Assembly: GCF_001194135.2 (NCBI RefSeq)
Contig: NC_068988.1
Span: 65,177,867-65,230,791, forward strand
DNA from: Octopus bimaculoides
Lineage: Eukaryota
DNA: 52,925 nt
Direction of reading: 5' to 3'
Under the pieces are notes generated by a model that had not been told where the DNA came from, did no database searches, and saw only the letters and a list, made by a program, of their open reading frames with translations. Numbering within the stretch: position 1 is the first letter of the stretch; the number at the start of each line of letters is the position of its first letter. Below, piece by piece: positions 24,536 to 36,447 of the stretch. Position numbers and translations under genes: made by a program.

Positions 24536-24930
24536 AACACANNNNNNNNNNACTGATGTTGGTGAGTTTACCTCCATGTAACTTAGTGGTTTGGCAAAAA
24601 GAGACTGATAGAATAAGTACAGGGCTTACAAAGAATAAGTCCCGGGGTCGATTTGTTCGACTAAAAACCTTTAATCTTTTCGTGTTTAAACTGGCTGTAT
24701 CCGACCCAAATATTCAACAAATTTTATGCTCAAACTGGCCAGAACATGCCTCTCACACCTACCCTGCAATGTCATTCTAAAAATAAGCAATTACATCTTT
24801 CCTATCTTGAAGGTACAAAATAATTTCAGATAAACTTTTTTTGACAAATTAATATGAACGCTAAAGGGTTAAGGTGGTGCTCCAGTATGGCCACAGTCAA
24901 ATGATTGAAACAAGTAAAAGAATAAAAAAT
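23876..24930 (+). mobile_element. Composite SINE A locus: 5' piece (23876-24020), unrelated insert (24021-24444), 3' piece (24445-24930) carrying a MITE
   Basis: SINE A head and tail are recognisable on either side of the insert, and the GTGAGTGGAT...GAAACTGAAAGAAGCC segment occurs twice. Confidence 0.7.
24675..24868. mobile_element. piggyBac-like MITE inserted at TTAA in a SINE A tail
   Basis: TTAA at 24671-24674 and 24869-24872. Removing the insert restores the SINE tail CGACTAAAAACCTTTAAGGTGGTGCTCCAG. Confidence 0.85.
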
Positions 24931-24984
24931 ATGTCAAGGAATCAAAGTATTACTTATTTCAAGCATAAAACAAGTCATGCACTA

Positions 24985-25785
24985 GTAATAATAATAATAA
25001 TAATAATGGTTTCCAAATTTGGCACAATGCCAGCAATTTTAAGTGATGGGGAGGGTTTGTTGATTACATCAACACCCAATACTTGAGTGGAACTTATTTT
25101 ATCAACCCCAAATGGATGAAAGGCAAAGTCAAGCTCAGCAGAATTTGAAATCAGAACAGAAAGAGCCAAAAGAAATACTGCTAAGCATTTTGTCTGGTAC
25201 CAGAATGAGTCTGCCAGCTCACCATCTTAATAATCCTTTTTACAACAGGATTTTGTGGGAGGAGTCTAGTCAATTAATTGATCCCTAAAAAGATAAAAAG
25301 TAAAGTCAAAATCGGCAGAATTTGAACTCAGAAGATAAAAGCAAACAAAATGCCTCTAAGCATTTTATCTGGCATGCTAATGATTCTGCCAGGTCACCAC
25401 CTTAATAATAAAAATAATAATGGTTTCAAATTTTGGCACAGGGCTAGCAATTTTAGAAGACAAATTTAGTTAATTTCATCGACCCAGTATGTAACTGGTA
25501 ATTCATTTCATTGACCCTGTTGGAGAGGGTTTGATAAAATAAATACCAATAAGGTAGCCAGCTGGCAGAATCATGAACACATCAGATAGTCTGCTAAGTG
25601 ACATTTCTTTCGACTCTTTATGTTCTGAGTTCAAATTCTATTGAGGTCAACTTTGCTTTTCATCCTTTTGGGGTCAATGAAATAATTATTAGTTGAGCAC
25701 TGAGGTTGATATAATCAACTAGCTCTCTCCTCTGAAATTCCAGGCCTTGTGCCTATAGTGATAGGAATATTATTGCTTTTCAAAT
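24985..25785. mobile_element. Cluster of four SINE B copies or fragments (three minus, one plus) separated by (AAT)n
   Basis: Repeated GAATTTGAA(A/C)TCAGAA, CTAAGCATTTT and CTGCCAG motifs, then their reverse complement at about 25550-25780. Confidence 0.75.
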
Positions 25786-26369
25786 TATTATTATTTAAAT
25801 GATGTTAAAGGTTAAAATGGAAAATAAAATAAAATATTAACCATCCTTATAATCATTGAATTCTAGTTAAAATGCTCATATAGATTAGAGTTGCTTGTTG
25901 GCTTGGAGTTCTCACTATGGCAACTCTACAGACACGTGGTATTGTTGCATACCAAAATATGAAGAGCTGAGAGAAAATTAACTCTCAACAGATCTGAACT
26001 AATTTATTAAGAAATTCGACGACAAAAAAAAAAAAAAAAAAAAATGATAATAATAATAGGAAGAAAGACATAATAAAAGAAGTTAAACACTGAAGTAATA
26101 TCTATAAAGCTATGAATAATTGATATCAAGCTAAAATGGTAGTCTATACATGGTAAAAGTGGCAACCGAATCTCCCTCTAATTACACTCTACTATAGCGG
26201 TCCTCAATGATTTTGAATTTATGGTACATTGGAGATCAAATGAAAGTTCCTGACTCAATTTATATAAAACTCACCAGATACATCTCAACAACTGTTTCTA
26301 CAATTTTCTGAACACCGAAAACTGCCTGCTCTTTCATCAACCTCTTACTTCATCATCTGCTTTGATCAC

Positions 26370-27340
26370 GTTACTAAGAGATCTAGTTTTCATAGGTGAT
26401 GAACGAGCTCTCCTTAGTAGGGGTCTAAACTTTATCCTCTCATCTATGGAGTATGCTAAGCATACTTGTCATATGTGCTGATACTTAGTCTTTTTTCAAT
26501 CAGCTCCAACTAAAGCCCTCTATAATTGAATTCTAGAGCTCTCTGCCAAGGAATAAATTTATCAGCTCCAAAAGATGGACACCCAACCTGGGTCTGCACC
26601 ACTCAACTGACTTGTTTATCAACAAGTGATGCCATTACAATTTGGGCATCTTCATTATTAAAATAGAAAAGAATTAGCACAAGAGATTGATTCTTCCCTC
26701 ATTGGAAGTTTATGCTCCCCAGAAACTTTGTAATCAGGATGATGTCATCAAACTCAGCTGATAAGGGTGGTGTCCCATGACAGTTTAGCAAACAGAGCAC
26801 TGAGTCAAGAATTATTCCACGAACCCAACCCAACAGCGTTCTCTGCTAGGAAGTTACTTGAACAATTGACCAATTTTTTTTACACAAATTCACTTCTTTA
26901 AATTCATTTCCTTGCTCAGCTAGTAACCTCATTAAGACCAGACCCCACATCTATGTCGTTTACTTCTTCATCAGAATTCACAATCTCAGTCACCCTATCA
27001 TCCTACCAAACAGCTTTCCAATACCTTGACAAACTGTTACTATGCTTCATCACTTTACCAATATCAAATTAGTTCACTTGTCAAACCCTAGACCTTTTCA
27101 GCTCATTCTCTTGTCCCTGAAGACACACTAGATTTCTATTTGATTCCCCACATCTTTGAACAAGGCTTTAAGCTCAATTCAGATGGAGACTGTGGTCAAT
27201 CCCTGGCTAGAGAGGACTGCTGCTGGAAGGCCATATGTAAAAGCAACATTTGGCTCCTTGCTATACATCTGAAAAGAATCAGAATTTCTATAACTTCACC
27301 ATCCTTAATTTCTGGCTTCCTAATTCCTCCAATTTTAATC
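26370..27340 (+). mobile_element. Penelope-like element remnant (tentative)
   Basis: ERALLSRGLNF (compare ExxLLxKGLNF) at about 26400-26435 and an ADKGG motif at about 26757-26771. Heavily decayed, with no intact RT core. Confidence 0.45.
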
Positions 27341-27726
27341 CAATGGATTTCTATGTGTAGAATGCAGTTGAGAAAGACACCAACTGCTCTGCCTGCAACT
27401 CCAAGGCCAAGCTGGTGGCCAAGATCAAGGAAGAGTTAAAAAATCTTTCCAGGGGACACAGTGAGGAGCACATGCACCAGGTTCTGGAGCCATCTTGAGG
27501 CTGTGGTAGAATCTGAGGGCAGCTACTCCCATCATAACCCAGTTGATATTTTTGGATTCTTAAAAATACTTTTATTTTTGAATAGGATATCGTGTTCTTT
27601 TTTTCTTTGATGCAAACTATCAAATTCATCCCAAACACCCTGTATATATTACATAGGTGCAAGCAATATGGTTAGGAATCACATGGGTTCAAGTTCAGTC
27701 TCACTGAGCAGCACTTTGAATAGATA

Positions 27727-28430
27727 TAAGCACCCTGAGAGAAAAGTTGGGCATAAAAAGCATCAAATGTGGTGTGCAAGAGAGAGGACTGCGCTGGTAT
27801 AGTCATGTGTTACATATGGATGAGGACAGCTGTGGAAGGAACCTGTGGAAGAGGTAGACCCAGGAAGACATGGGATGAGGTGGTGAAACTTGACCGTCGA
27901 ACATTGGGCCTCACATAGGCAATGACAGAAGACTGAGACCTTTGGAGATAATCTGTGATTGAGAAGACCTGGCAACTAAAGTGAGATCGCAACCATGCAT
28001 GTCCAGCCCAGTTGAGTACCCCTGATGCATTGGACAATATGATATGCTTGAGAAGACCTGTTGAGTCAAGTAAAACCAATATTGTAGCTGTGGCCAGTGC
28101 CCCCTGAGCTGGTGGCATGTAAAAAGCACCATCCAAATGTGGTTGATGCCAGTACCCACTGACTGCCTGGTCCCCGTGCCAGTGGCATGTAAAAAGCACT
28201 ATCTGAATGTGATTGATACCAGGCCTGCCTGACTGGCTCCTGTGCCTGGGGCACATAAAAAGCACCCACTACACTCACAAAGTGGTTGGCATTAGGAAGG
28301 GCATCCAGCTGTAGCAACATTGCCAGATCAGACGGGAGCCCGGTGCAGCCACTGGCTCTCCAGACCTCAGTCAAACCGTCCAACCCATGCCAGCATGGAA
28401 AACGGACATTAAGCGATAATGATGATATAA
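27727..28430 (+). mobile_element. 5'-truncated RTE-clade LINE (ORF tail plus 3' UTR)
   Basis: Homologous to 9030-10010 (CGVQERGLRWYSHV...GRGRPRKTWDEVVKLDRRTLGL), followed by subrepeats and a GATAATGATGAT tail. Confidence 0.85.
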
Positions 28431-28470
28431 CCCCAGACTGATCAATACCATGTGAGATCCATCATATATA

Positions 28471-29133
28471 CAGGGTTATTTAAAAAGGATGAACCGATTT
28501 CATTACGCAATATTTTAATAAGGAAAAGCAATAGAAAACTCCAGCAAAGTCACAAGTATTTACTCACAATCAACTTTTATTTCCTGTCTTACAAGTGCTC
28601 AATGTGGCGAGTACCTGCAGCACAGGAAACATCAATGTGATAAGAGAATTTCTCCCAGAGGCATATCAGCATATCATGATCCACTGAGTCGACCATTGTT
28701 GTTATTCGATCTTCCTTTTAGTGTTCAGATTACTCTGTTAAATGTAATATTTTTTCACTCAAATTGTTTTGAATTAATCATGCATTACCTTATAGCTTTG
28801 ATGTGATTGTTTATTTTTAGAATATCAATGTAGGTTAAGTGTGAGAGGCTAGATATCACCAGTTTGAATATAAAACATGTAGAATATCAGGGCCAGATAT
28901 GGCCGGTTTAAATACCGAATAACAACAGTGATCAAATCAGTGGATTGTGATATGCTGATACTCATCTGGGAGGAATTCTCTTATCACATTGATGTTGCCA
29001 CATTGAACACTTGTAAGACAGGAAATAAAAGTTGATTCGAGTAAATACTTGTTACTTAGCTAGAGTTTTCTATTGCTTTTCCTTATTAAAATATTGCATA
29101 ATGAAATTGGTTCATTCTTTCTGAATAACCCTG
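28471..29133. mobile_element. Foldback Tc1/mariner-like MITE with ~220-240-bp inverted arms and TA TSD
   Basis: TA|CAGGGTTATT ... AATAACCCTG|TA. Arms 28471-28708 and 28916-29133 are reverse complements over their length. The spacer is a piggyBac-like MITE fragment. Confidence 0.85.
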
Positions 29134-29814
29134 TATGTATGGTGGGGGAATGCACAAATGTGAACACATGTTTATATTCTGTCTCTATTTGAGAAAAGTA
29201 GCTGATGTTGAATAAATCCTTTACTTGAAAAACAGGCAAGCATGAGCAAAAAGAAGAGCATCTAGCTGTAAAAATATTACCTCAAATAACTATCAAACCC
29301 ATGCCAGCATGGTTAAACAAACATTAAACAAATCACCAGATACATATAGAAAGACATGTGCATGTGTGTTTATGTATTTATTTCCATGCAGCTATACGTG
29401 GTGGGTAGGTGTTATGTACAGAAGTTGATAATAAATTTTGCACCTCTGTGTGTGAGAACATACAAGTTTGGAGACTGGCAATGCAAACATACACATGCCT
29501 ATGCATCAACATTTTGTAGTCAGCAATCTAATTTTGTTATATATATATATACATGACATGTATGTGAATGAAAATTGCTACTGATTAGCTATGGACTGAA
29601 GTCACTGACCCTGCCAACTAAAAGTTCTCCCTTCCTTAAACAACCAATAATCCTTCTCTTTCTCATTCTCTCTACCTTCAGCTTCACCCCCACCACATCC
29701 AAATTACTGAAATTTGTAGAACCAGTTGTTTGATTGTTCTAAAATAAAAAAAATTTTCTTTATTTAGTGCTTTCATTCCATGGAGTATGGGTGCAAATTT
29801 GTAAATTTTCCCAT

Positions 29815-30037
29815 CAGTTTGTTTATTCTTTTATTTGTTCCAGTCATTTGACTGCGGCCATGCGGGAGCACCACCTTTAGTCGAACAAATTGACCCCAGG
29901 ACTTATTCTTTGTAAGCCTTGTACTTATTCTATAGGTCTCTTTTGCCAAACTGCTAAGTTAGAGGGACGTAAACACACCAACATTGGTTGTCAGGCGATG
30001 GTGGGGGAACAAACACAAACACACACACACACACATA

Positions 30038-30080
<43 letters not shown>

Positions 30081-30228
30081 GACAGGCCTTTTTTCAGTTT
30101 CCATCTACCAAATCCACTCACAAGGCTATAGTAGAAGACACTTGCCCAAGGTGCCATGCAGTGGGACTGAACCCGGAACCATGTGGTTGGTAAGCAAGCT
30201 ACTTACCACACAGCCACTCTGGTGCCTA
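29815..30228 (-). mobile_element. SINE type A
   Basis: Reverse complement of the SINE A structure, with internal (CA)n(TA)n. Confidence 0.85.
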
Positions 30229-30929
30229 TAATTATGAAAGTCTTTAAAAAAAATTTTTTTTTACCATTGCTTTTATTAAACTTTGATAGACATATCTGTT
30301 TGTTGTCAGCATTGTTCAAGTTTGATAGTCAATATTCTAATCTGCACATTTAACTGATTTCATAGAAATGAGTATATAGCAACCTAACAATTTGTGGAAG
30401 GAACTGTCGTTAAAATTGCCAAGCAAGTAATTATTATGCAAATAACATGCAATATATATTTGGTTTGATGTCAAAAGCCAAATTGTTACATGGTTACTGT
30501 CAGATAAAAAATATGAACTTCACAAAACATGTATAAAATTTAGTGTTTTAACACAAATTTAAAGTTTTTTTTTTTTCCCCTTTGATAGTGTTCCGATTAT
30601 GACAAGTTATGCTTCTATATTAGATTAATGATCACTGAATGAAGAAAGGAATGAATGCCATAATTAAACGGTAAAATGTAATGTTAAATAGTAAAACATA
30701 TCAGCAAGTATTTTCTTTTTTAAACAAACAATACTGAATACATTTTTAAAAATAGAACATTTTGGCTTGGTGTTAGGTTATTTAACCTTTTTGCTACTAT
30801 TTTTCTCTTGAAATACACCCTCTTCATATTAATTACTTTTGAAAATTAAGAATATAGTAAAATAAGAAATAATACATTTCTAAATCTCTCAGAGAGATTT
30901 ATGCAGTAGTGATACGATGAAGTAGTTGT

Positions 30930-31069
30930 ATGCTGTCAACTTAATGTGACAGTCCCCTGAAGGGAATACTACTACTGTTGGTTAGACCTAGGAAGCTGCA
31001 CCGCTTCCTAGGTCTAACCAACAGTAGTATTATTCCCTTCAGGGGACTGTCACATTAAGTTGACAGCAT
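30930..31069. repeat. Near-perfect inverted repeat: 67-bp arms, 6-nt loop, one mismatch
   Basis: 30930-30996 is the reverse complement of 31003-31069 except 30969 C versus 31030 T. The loop is TGCACC. Confidence 0.95.
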
Positions 31070-31372
31070 GCAAACAGTAAAATAACTTTTTGTCATTATT
31101 AGGCTGATTAAGATGGTGAGCTGACAGAATTATTAGCATGCTGGGCAAAATGCTTAGCAGCATTTGGTCTGTCTTTATGTACTGAGTTCAAATTTCACCA
31201 AGGACAACTTTGCCTTTCATCCTTTCAGGATCAATGAAATAAGTANNNNNNNNNNTAATTGATTAGTCCCCCTCCTCTAAATTGTGCCCTATAGTAGAAA
31301 GGATTATTAGGCTGATGTTTGGAATATAAATTAACCTGAAAGTTTAATGGAAAATTTAAATTTAGACCATTG

Positions 31373-31995
31373 AACCCCTTTAGCATTTAAACCGACCATA
31401 TCTGTCCCAAATATTCTGCCAGTTTTATGTTCAAACTGGCCAGATCTGGCCTGTCACATGTACCCCTCAATGCCATTCTCAAAATAAACAATTACATCAT
31501 CAAAATTGCAAAGCTACAAGATATGTTATCTTTTACTGGTTTCAGTCATTAAACTGCAGCCATGCTGGGGCACTACCTTTTGGAATTTTTAGTTGAATGA
31601 ATCAACCCCAGTTTTTTTTTTTAAACACCTGGTACTTATTCTATCAGTCACTTTTGCCAAACCACTAAGTTATAGGGATGTAAAGACACCAATGTCAATT
31701 GTTGAGTGGTGTTGGTGGCCGGGATACACACAGATGCAAAGGCATACACACACGATGGGCTTCTTTCAGTTTCCGTCTACCAAATCCACTCACAAGGCTT
31801 TGGTTGGCATGAGGCTTTAGAAGACATGTGCCCAAATTGCCAAGCAGCATGCAGTGGGACTGAATCCGAAACCAAGTAGTCAGAAAGCAAGCTTTTTACC
31901 ACACAGCCATACCTGCACCAATAATAATGCAAGATTAATTCAAAACAATGTGAATAAATAAGCACCACATTTGACAGGGTAATCTGAATGTTAAA
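31373..31995. mobile_element. piggyBac-like MITE split by a minus-strand SINE A (about 31535-31920)
   Basis: The MITE 5' part (CCCCTTTAGCATTTAAACC...) stops at about 31520 and resumes at about 31925 (ATAATGCAAGATTAATT...AATCTGAATGTTAAAG). Confidence 0.7.
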
Positions 31996-33974
31996 GTAAA
32001 AAGGATGTACCACAAAACCTGTGATGGTTTCCAGCAGGTTGATATCAAAAGGCCTGAGGCGTTTCACAAATAATATGTTGAATTTTGTTAAGTGCATTTA
32101 TTTTAGTATCCCGCAAACTGTTTTTGTAGCCATGTGGTGGCCTGATGTTTTACATTCAGTCTGATCATAAATTTTAACTAAGCAACTGGAACTGATAATA
32201 TATAAATCATTTATTGCTGGACACAAAGTTAAGTTAAAATGTCTGAGTTTGTTTCAGTTATTCATAAAGCCATCTACTTCAACAATGACATTTCAGATGT
32301 TTGAAGTATATTCTCATTGCTCAACACAAGCAAGAAGAAACCTTGCAACAAGAATAGGGTCTTAAAATCCTAGAAGTGTGAGAAGAGGTATGGAAAGTTC
32401 TAAACAGGACAAAAAACATTACCAGCAAATAGTATGGAGGTTTGTTAAATAGTATTAATTTCTTTTGATGAGGACATGAAAAGATTAATTGTAATTTCAA
32501 ATTCAATAGACTGTTGTTAGGTCAGGATGTGTTTCTCCGATAGAAAGAACATTTGAGGTTGTTGATATATGAATCTACTTGCATTTGGTTCCAATGGAAT
32601 GATGTTTGGCAAGAATTCAGTGGCAAGTCTCCATTCAGATCATAATTTAGCATTATTTGATCATCATTTGCAAATTATTTAGGACGATTCTTTCAAAGAT
32701 ATAAAACTAGTGAATCACTTTTCATCAAGACTGGTAGAGTTTTGGAATCAAGATGAGCTACGTGAATAGTTGTAAGTATAGCTTGGAAAATATAGAGGAA
32801 AGGTGTCCATCTATGAAAGTAATCAAATGAAAGCTACAAAATTGTTACAGTGTAATAACAGTCTACCAACACTATTGACATTGGTAAAATAACTTACCAT
32901 TCGTCTAGTATTAGTGCTACAATTAAATGCACCCATCCCCAAAACTGTAAATTGGTTGGTGATAGGTAAACTACCCATCCAAAACAAAAACAAATGATTA
33001 CATGAAAGTAATTAGTTATAGCATTAGTAATTTGTTGTCAAACAGTATTATATCTTTATCCTATATTTTAGAAAATAACGTTGGTAGCTTAACATATTCT
33101 GATATTTTAAAAATGATCTTTAAGAATACGCAAATATTCTACATTCCAAGAAGAGTAGAAAAGACTTCACCTTATCATAAACAAAATTCTTGAAAATGTA
33201 CTTTATATCTGAGTATAATTTGTTTCAAGCCATTGCAAAATAGATTAAATCAAAGCTGAAAATAGTTACAATGGTGATAAAAGTTAATTGAAAACGTTAC
33301 AAAATATAGATTTAAAAAAGACTTGTGCATTCCTCAACTAGACCAAGAAAAGAATGAACAGTAAACATCACAAATAAGAAATTAATGAATACTTCTGTAA
33401 TGACACAGATCTTCTTCATTACCACGTGGTAACATAAACATGATTATCATAACAGGAAAGCTTCTTCAATAATTGACAATGCATCTGTCCAATAAACTTC
33501 AGGACTCTTTGTCTAGTTTTTAAAAGAACAAACAATACCATGTTTTTAGAATAAGTCCTGAGTGTTGCAGGATGTTATACTGACTTAATGAGAAGCTAGA
33601 AATTTCCCCATCAGCAAACACCATATTATGAAGAGAACCTTCTCTGATCAAACCATCAAAAACAAGTGTACTGTCCATCACAGAGAATAGTAAACAAAGT
33701 GTTAACTTCAAGTAACTTGATGTGGAACACTCCTTGAGCCTTGAATACCTAGTGTACTTAAGTGTCATTCCTCATTGCTGTTTAATCTTCAAGACTTGCA
33801 CCCAGAAAATAAGAAGTATGAGTGAGTGCTTGCCATAGCATTACCAATCAGCTCACAAATATAAGGGGTGAAAGTCATCAGACACCACATTCAAATTGCC
33901 CCAACACTGCTACAAGACAGCTGAATACACTAGTACTAGTACAGTATATGAAAGGTCCACACATGCACTGTACA

Positions 33975-34930
33975 ATCACCAGTTGGACACGTTCTTGTTT
34001 GCAGTGTCAATGTACCAAGGTCCATCAACATGTTTGAGCTCCTCTTGGAAAATTCAGCCCACCGGACACTCATTTCCATCATGTCCACATCGACATTGTT
34101 GGACCCTGGCCTGTTCATCATGGTTACACGTACATCTTAACTTGCATCAATCGTTTCTCTCGATGGCCTGAAGCCATACCTCTGATTGACATAACAACCG
34201 AATCCATCGCACAAGCGTTCATTTCTAATTGGGCGGTTTGGTGTCCCATCTAAAATAACTACTGATAGAGGACACCAATTCGAAGTTTCTTTATTCTGTG
34301 AAATATCATGACTCTTGGGTGCTCATTGAATTCATATGGTAAGTTATCACCCAGCTTCCAATGGAATGATAGAACGATTCCACAGACAGTTAAAAGCTGC
34401 ACTACTCGCTACTCCTGACCCACAATGTTGGACCGAATTCCTACCAATTGCTCTTGGTTGCCGTTTCGCTGTTAAGACAGATTTAGATTTTTCCTCAGCC
34501 AAACTTCTTTACGGCACCACCTGGATGCTTCCTGGTCAAATGTTCACACCAGTTGATTCATCAGATTCTGATATGTCATTATATGTCAAGAGACTTCTTT
34601 CTTCTCCAATCTTCCGCCAATGTCGCTGCAGGACCAATCCATTTCTTCTACTGTCCCATCAGACATCCGAGTGGACACATTTTTATTCGGAACGATTCCG
34701 TTTAAGGACCCAATCGTGTACTGTTGCACTCACCAAAAAACTTCATAGTCAAAATTAACGGTCGAAAAGAAACAATATCCATTGACAGAATAAAAAAAAA
34801 AATTTCTCAGAAAATCTCATTTCAGAACCTGACATACCACGTACATTCACTCCTACACCAATACCACCACAACATATCTCTAAACTTTACATCACAAGAA
34901 GTGGTAGAACAGTACATTAGCCACAAAAAT
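33975..34930 (+). mobile_element. Gypsy LTR-retrotransposon integrase remnant
   Basis: WTRSCLQCQCTKV...FHHVHIDIVGP...YILTCINRFSRWPEAIPL...(frameshift)RFGVPSKITTDRGHQF...YHPASNGMIERFHRQLKAAL...WTEFLP...LLYGT: the C2 half of the zinc finger and the DDE core, with stops and frameshifts. An RSGRTVH end motif lies near 34900. Confidence 0.9.
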
Positions 34931-35259
34931 TATCCAAAACTCTGTATATTTAACTTTGTGTTAGAAAACTGTTTTATTTCTTTTACAAACAATGTTATTC
35001 ACAAACATTTTTCCTGTGCATATTTCACAATGTATTTTCACTTTGCCATGTTTTTTGCATTTAGTTTGATGTGCATAGCTGTGTAGCTAAAGGTTTATTG
35101 CACGAAACTCTGCAATTATATTCAGTATCTATCACATGCTTGCAAAACAAGTAGTAAAATACAAAAAAAATCAATACAAGCATCATGTTTCTGCTACCTC
35201 GTTTTGCTTCGTACCTGCCCTAGATCACTGCAATGGTTTTGTTTATTGACTGCTCATCT

Positions 35260-35688
35260 GAGGAGGGAGTTACGTAGTGAATGCTGGCGGTCATGCATGA
35301 AAGCAAAATGGAAAAGGGATTTAATGAGAGTAATCTCCCTTAACCTTCTAGAAAGTTCTCAAACATTCTAGAAGCTTCCAGTTGACATGGAAGTCGGGGA
35401 CTTCCGGTTCATCCCTTATATAAAGGAACAAATTTCTAAATTTGTGCCACTCAGTGTCTGTCTAGTCTAAGATCGGCATTGAATCAGGCCACTACATATG
35501 CACCCACTTACGCGTACATTCGCCTCACTTACTTGGAGACATGATTGCAAAAAGAATATGTTAATGTAATGTTCCTTCAATTAACCTTGTATGTTAACAC
35601 ATACCTCCAGTGATAAATAGGTTATGATTTATTACAAACGACTCGTGAATTCCTATTTTCTTGTTATTACATACAAGATGGTGACCCC
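35260..35688 (+). mobile_element. Putative Gypsy PPT (35260-35269), LTR (~35273-35675) and PBS-like TGGTGACCCC (35679-35688)
   Basis: Purine tract GAGGAGGGAG downstream of the integrase, TATA-like TATATAAA at 35417-35424, LTR-like end TACA, then TGGTGACCCC three nt later. No second LTR is present to confirm the boundaries. Confidence 0.5.
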
Positions 35689-35797
35689 TCTTTCTTTCAT
35701 GTTCATGATATCGTTTAATCAACATTTCACTATAGTATCAAGGACACCATTCTTAATATTAACCGCTAGTTCAACCATAATGTAGGATCAGTGCAGT

Positions 35798-35803
35798 TTT
35801 TAT
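35798..35803 (-). terminator. Candidate RMI2 polyadenylation signal AATAAA
   Basis: AATAAA on the minus strand about 470 nt after the stop codon, the first such hexamer noticed. Its use is not demonstrated. Confidence 0.4.
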
Positions 35804-36271
35804 TTTTTTTGTTTTTGCACAGCCAGGAAAAAAAAAAAGTTAAATGACTTACTTAGGGTCCAGCACAATGACTGTGTTACTATTGGCCCTGTAACCATAT
35901 ATGGTCTATTACCTTAATCTAACAACAAGAAGCCACTCGGTTGAATGAATGAGGTAGTTAATTCAAACTGAATCTACTAAATATAATGATGTCATGTCTG
36001 GAAGTAAATTACAGTACTGAAGGAATGGTTTGAACACAATAAGCCTGGGCTCAGTGCTCCTGGTTTATGTCCTTGATTAGAAGGCCATCACATTTCATAT
36101 GTGGCCCTAGGTCATATGCAGAATACAATACACAACAATTGAAATAGTAGCAGCATCCATTTGAAGATTCAATGAAAAATATTGGTAAATTTATATCTGG
36201 TACATTCAAAACAGCAGCCAGCATCAAGAGTGATTAGTTCACTAATTCATCTGAACTAACACAAAGTGGTA

Positions 36272-36447
36272 TTACAGCAATTGTTGTTGACCTTCGTGCA
36301 TCAGATAAGCCAAATTCATATCAATAAGTTCCAGCTTCCACAAATCACTTGCTCTTGGTACTGTTCCAAGATCTTGCATCTTAATGGCCCTAATAGTTGG
36401 AGATTCATCTGTCTCCAGAAGTTCTCCAATCACCATTCCATACTGAC
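36272..36447 (-). CDS. RMI2: RecQ-mediated genome instability protein 2, last coding exon
   Basis: Acceptor TTTATTTCTTTTAG. Phase-1 continuation (G)QYGMVIGELLETDESPTIRAIKMQDLGTVPRASDLWKLELIDMNLAYLMHEGQQQLL* aligns by eye to recalled human [43 protein letters not shown]. Confidence 0.92.
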
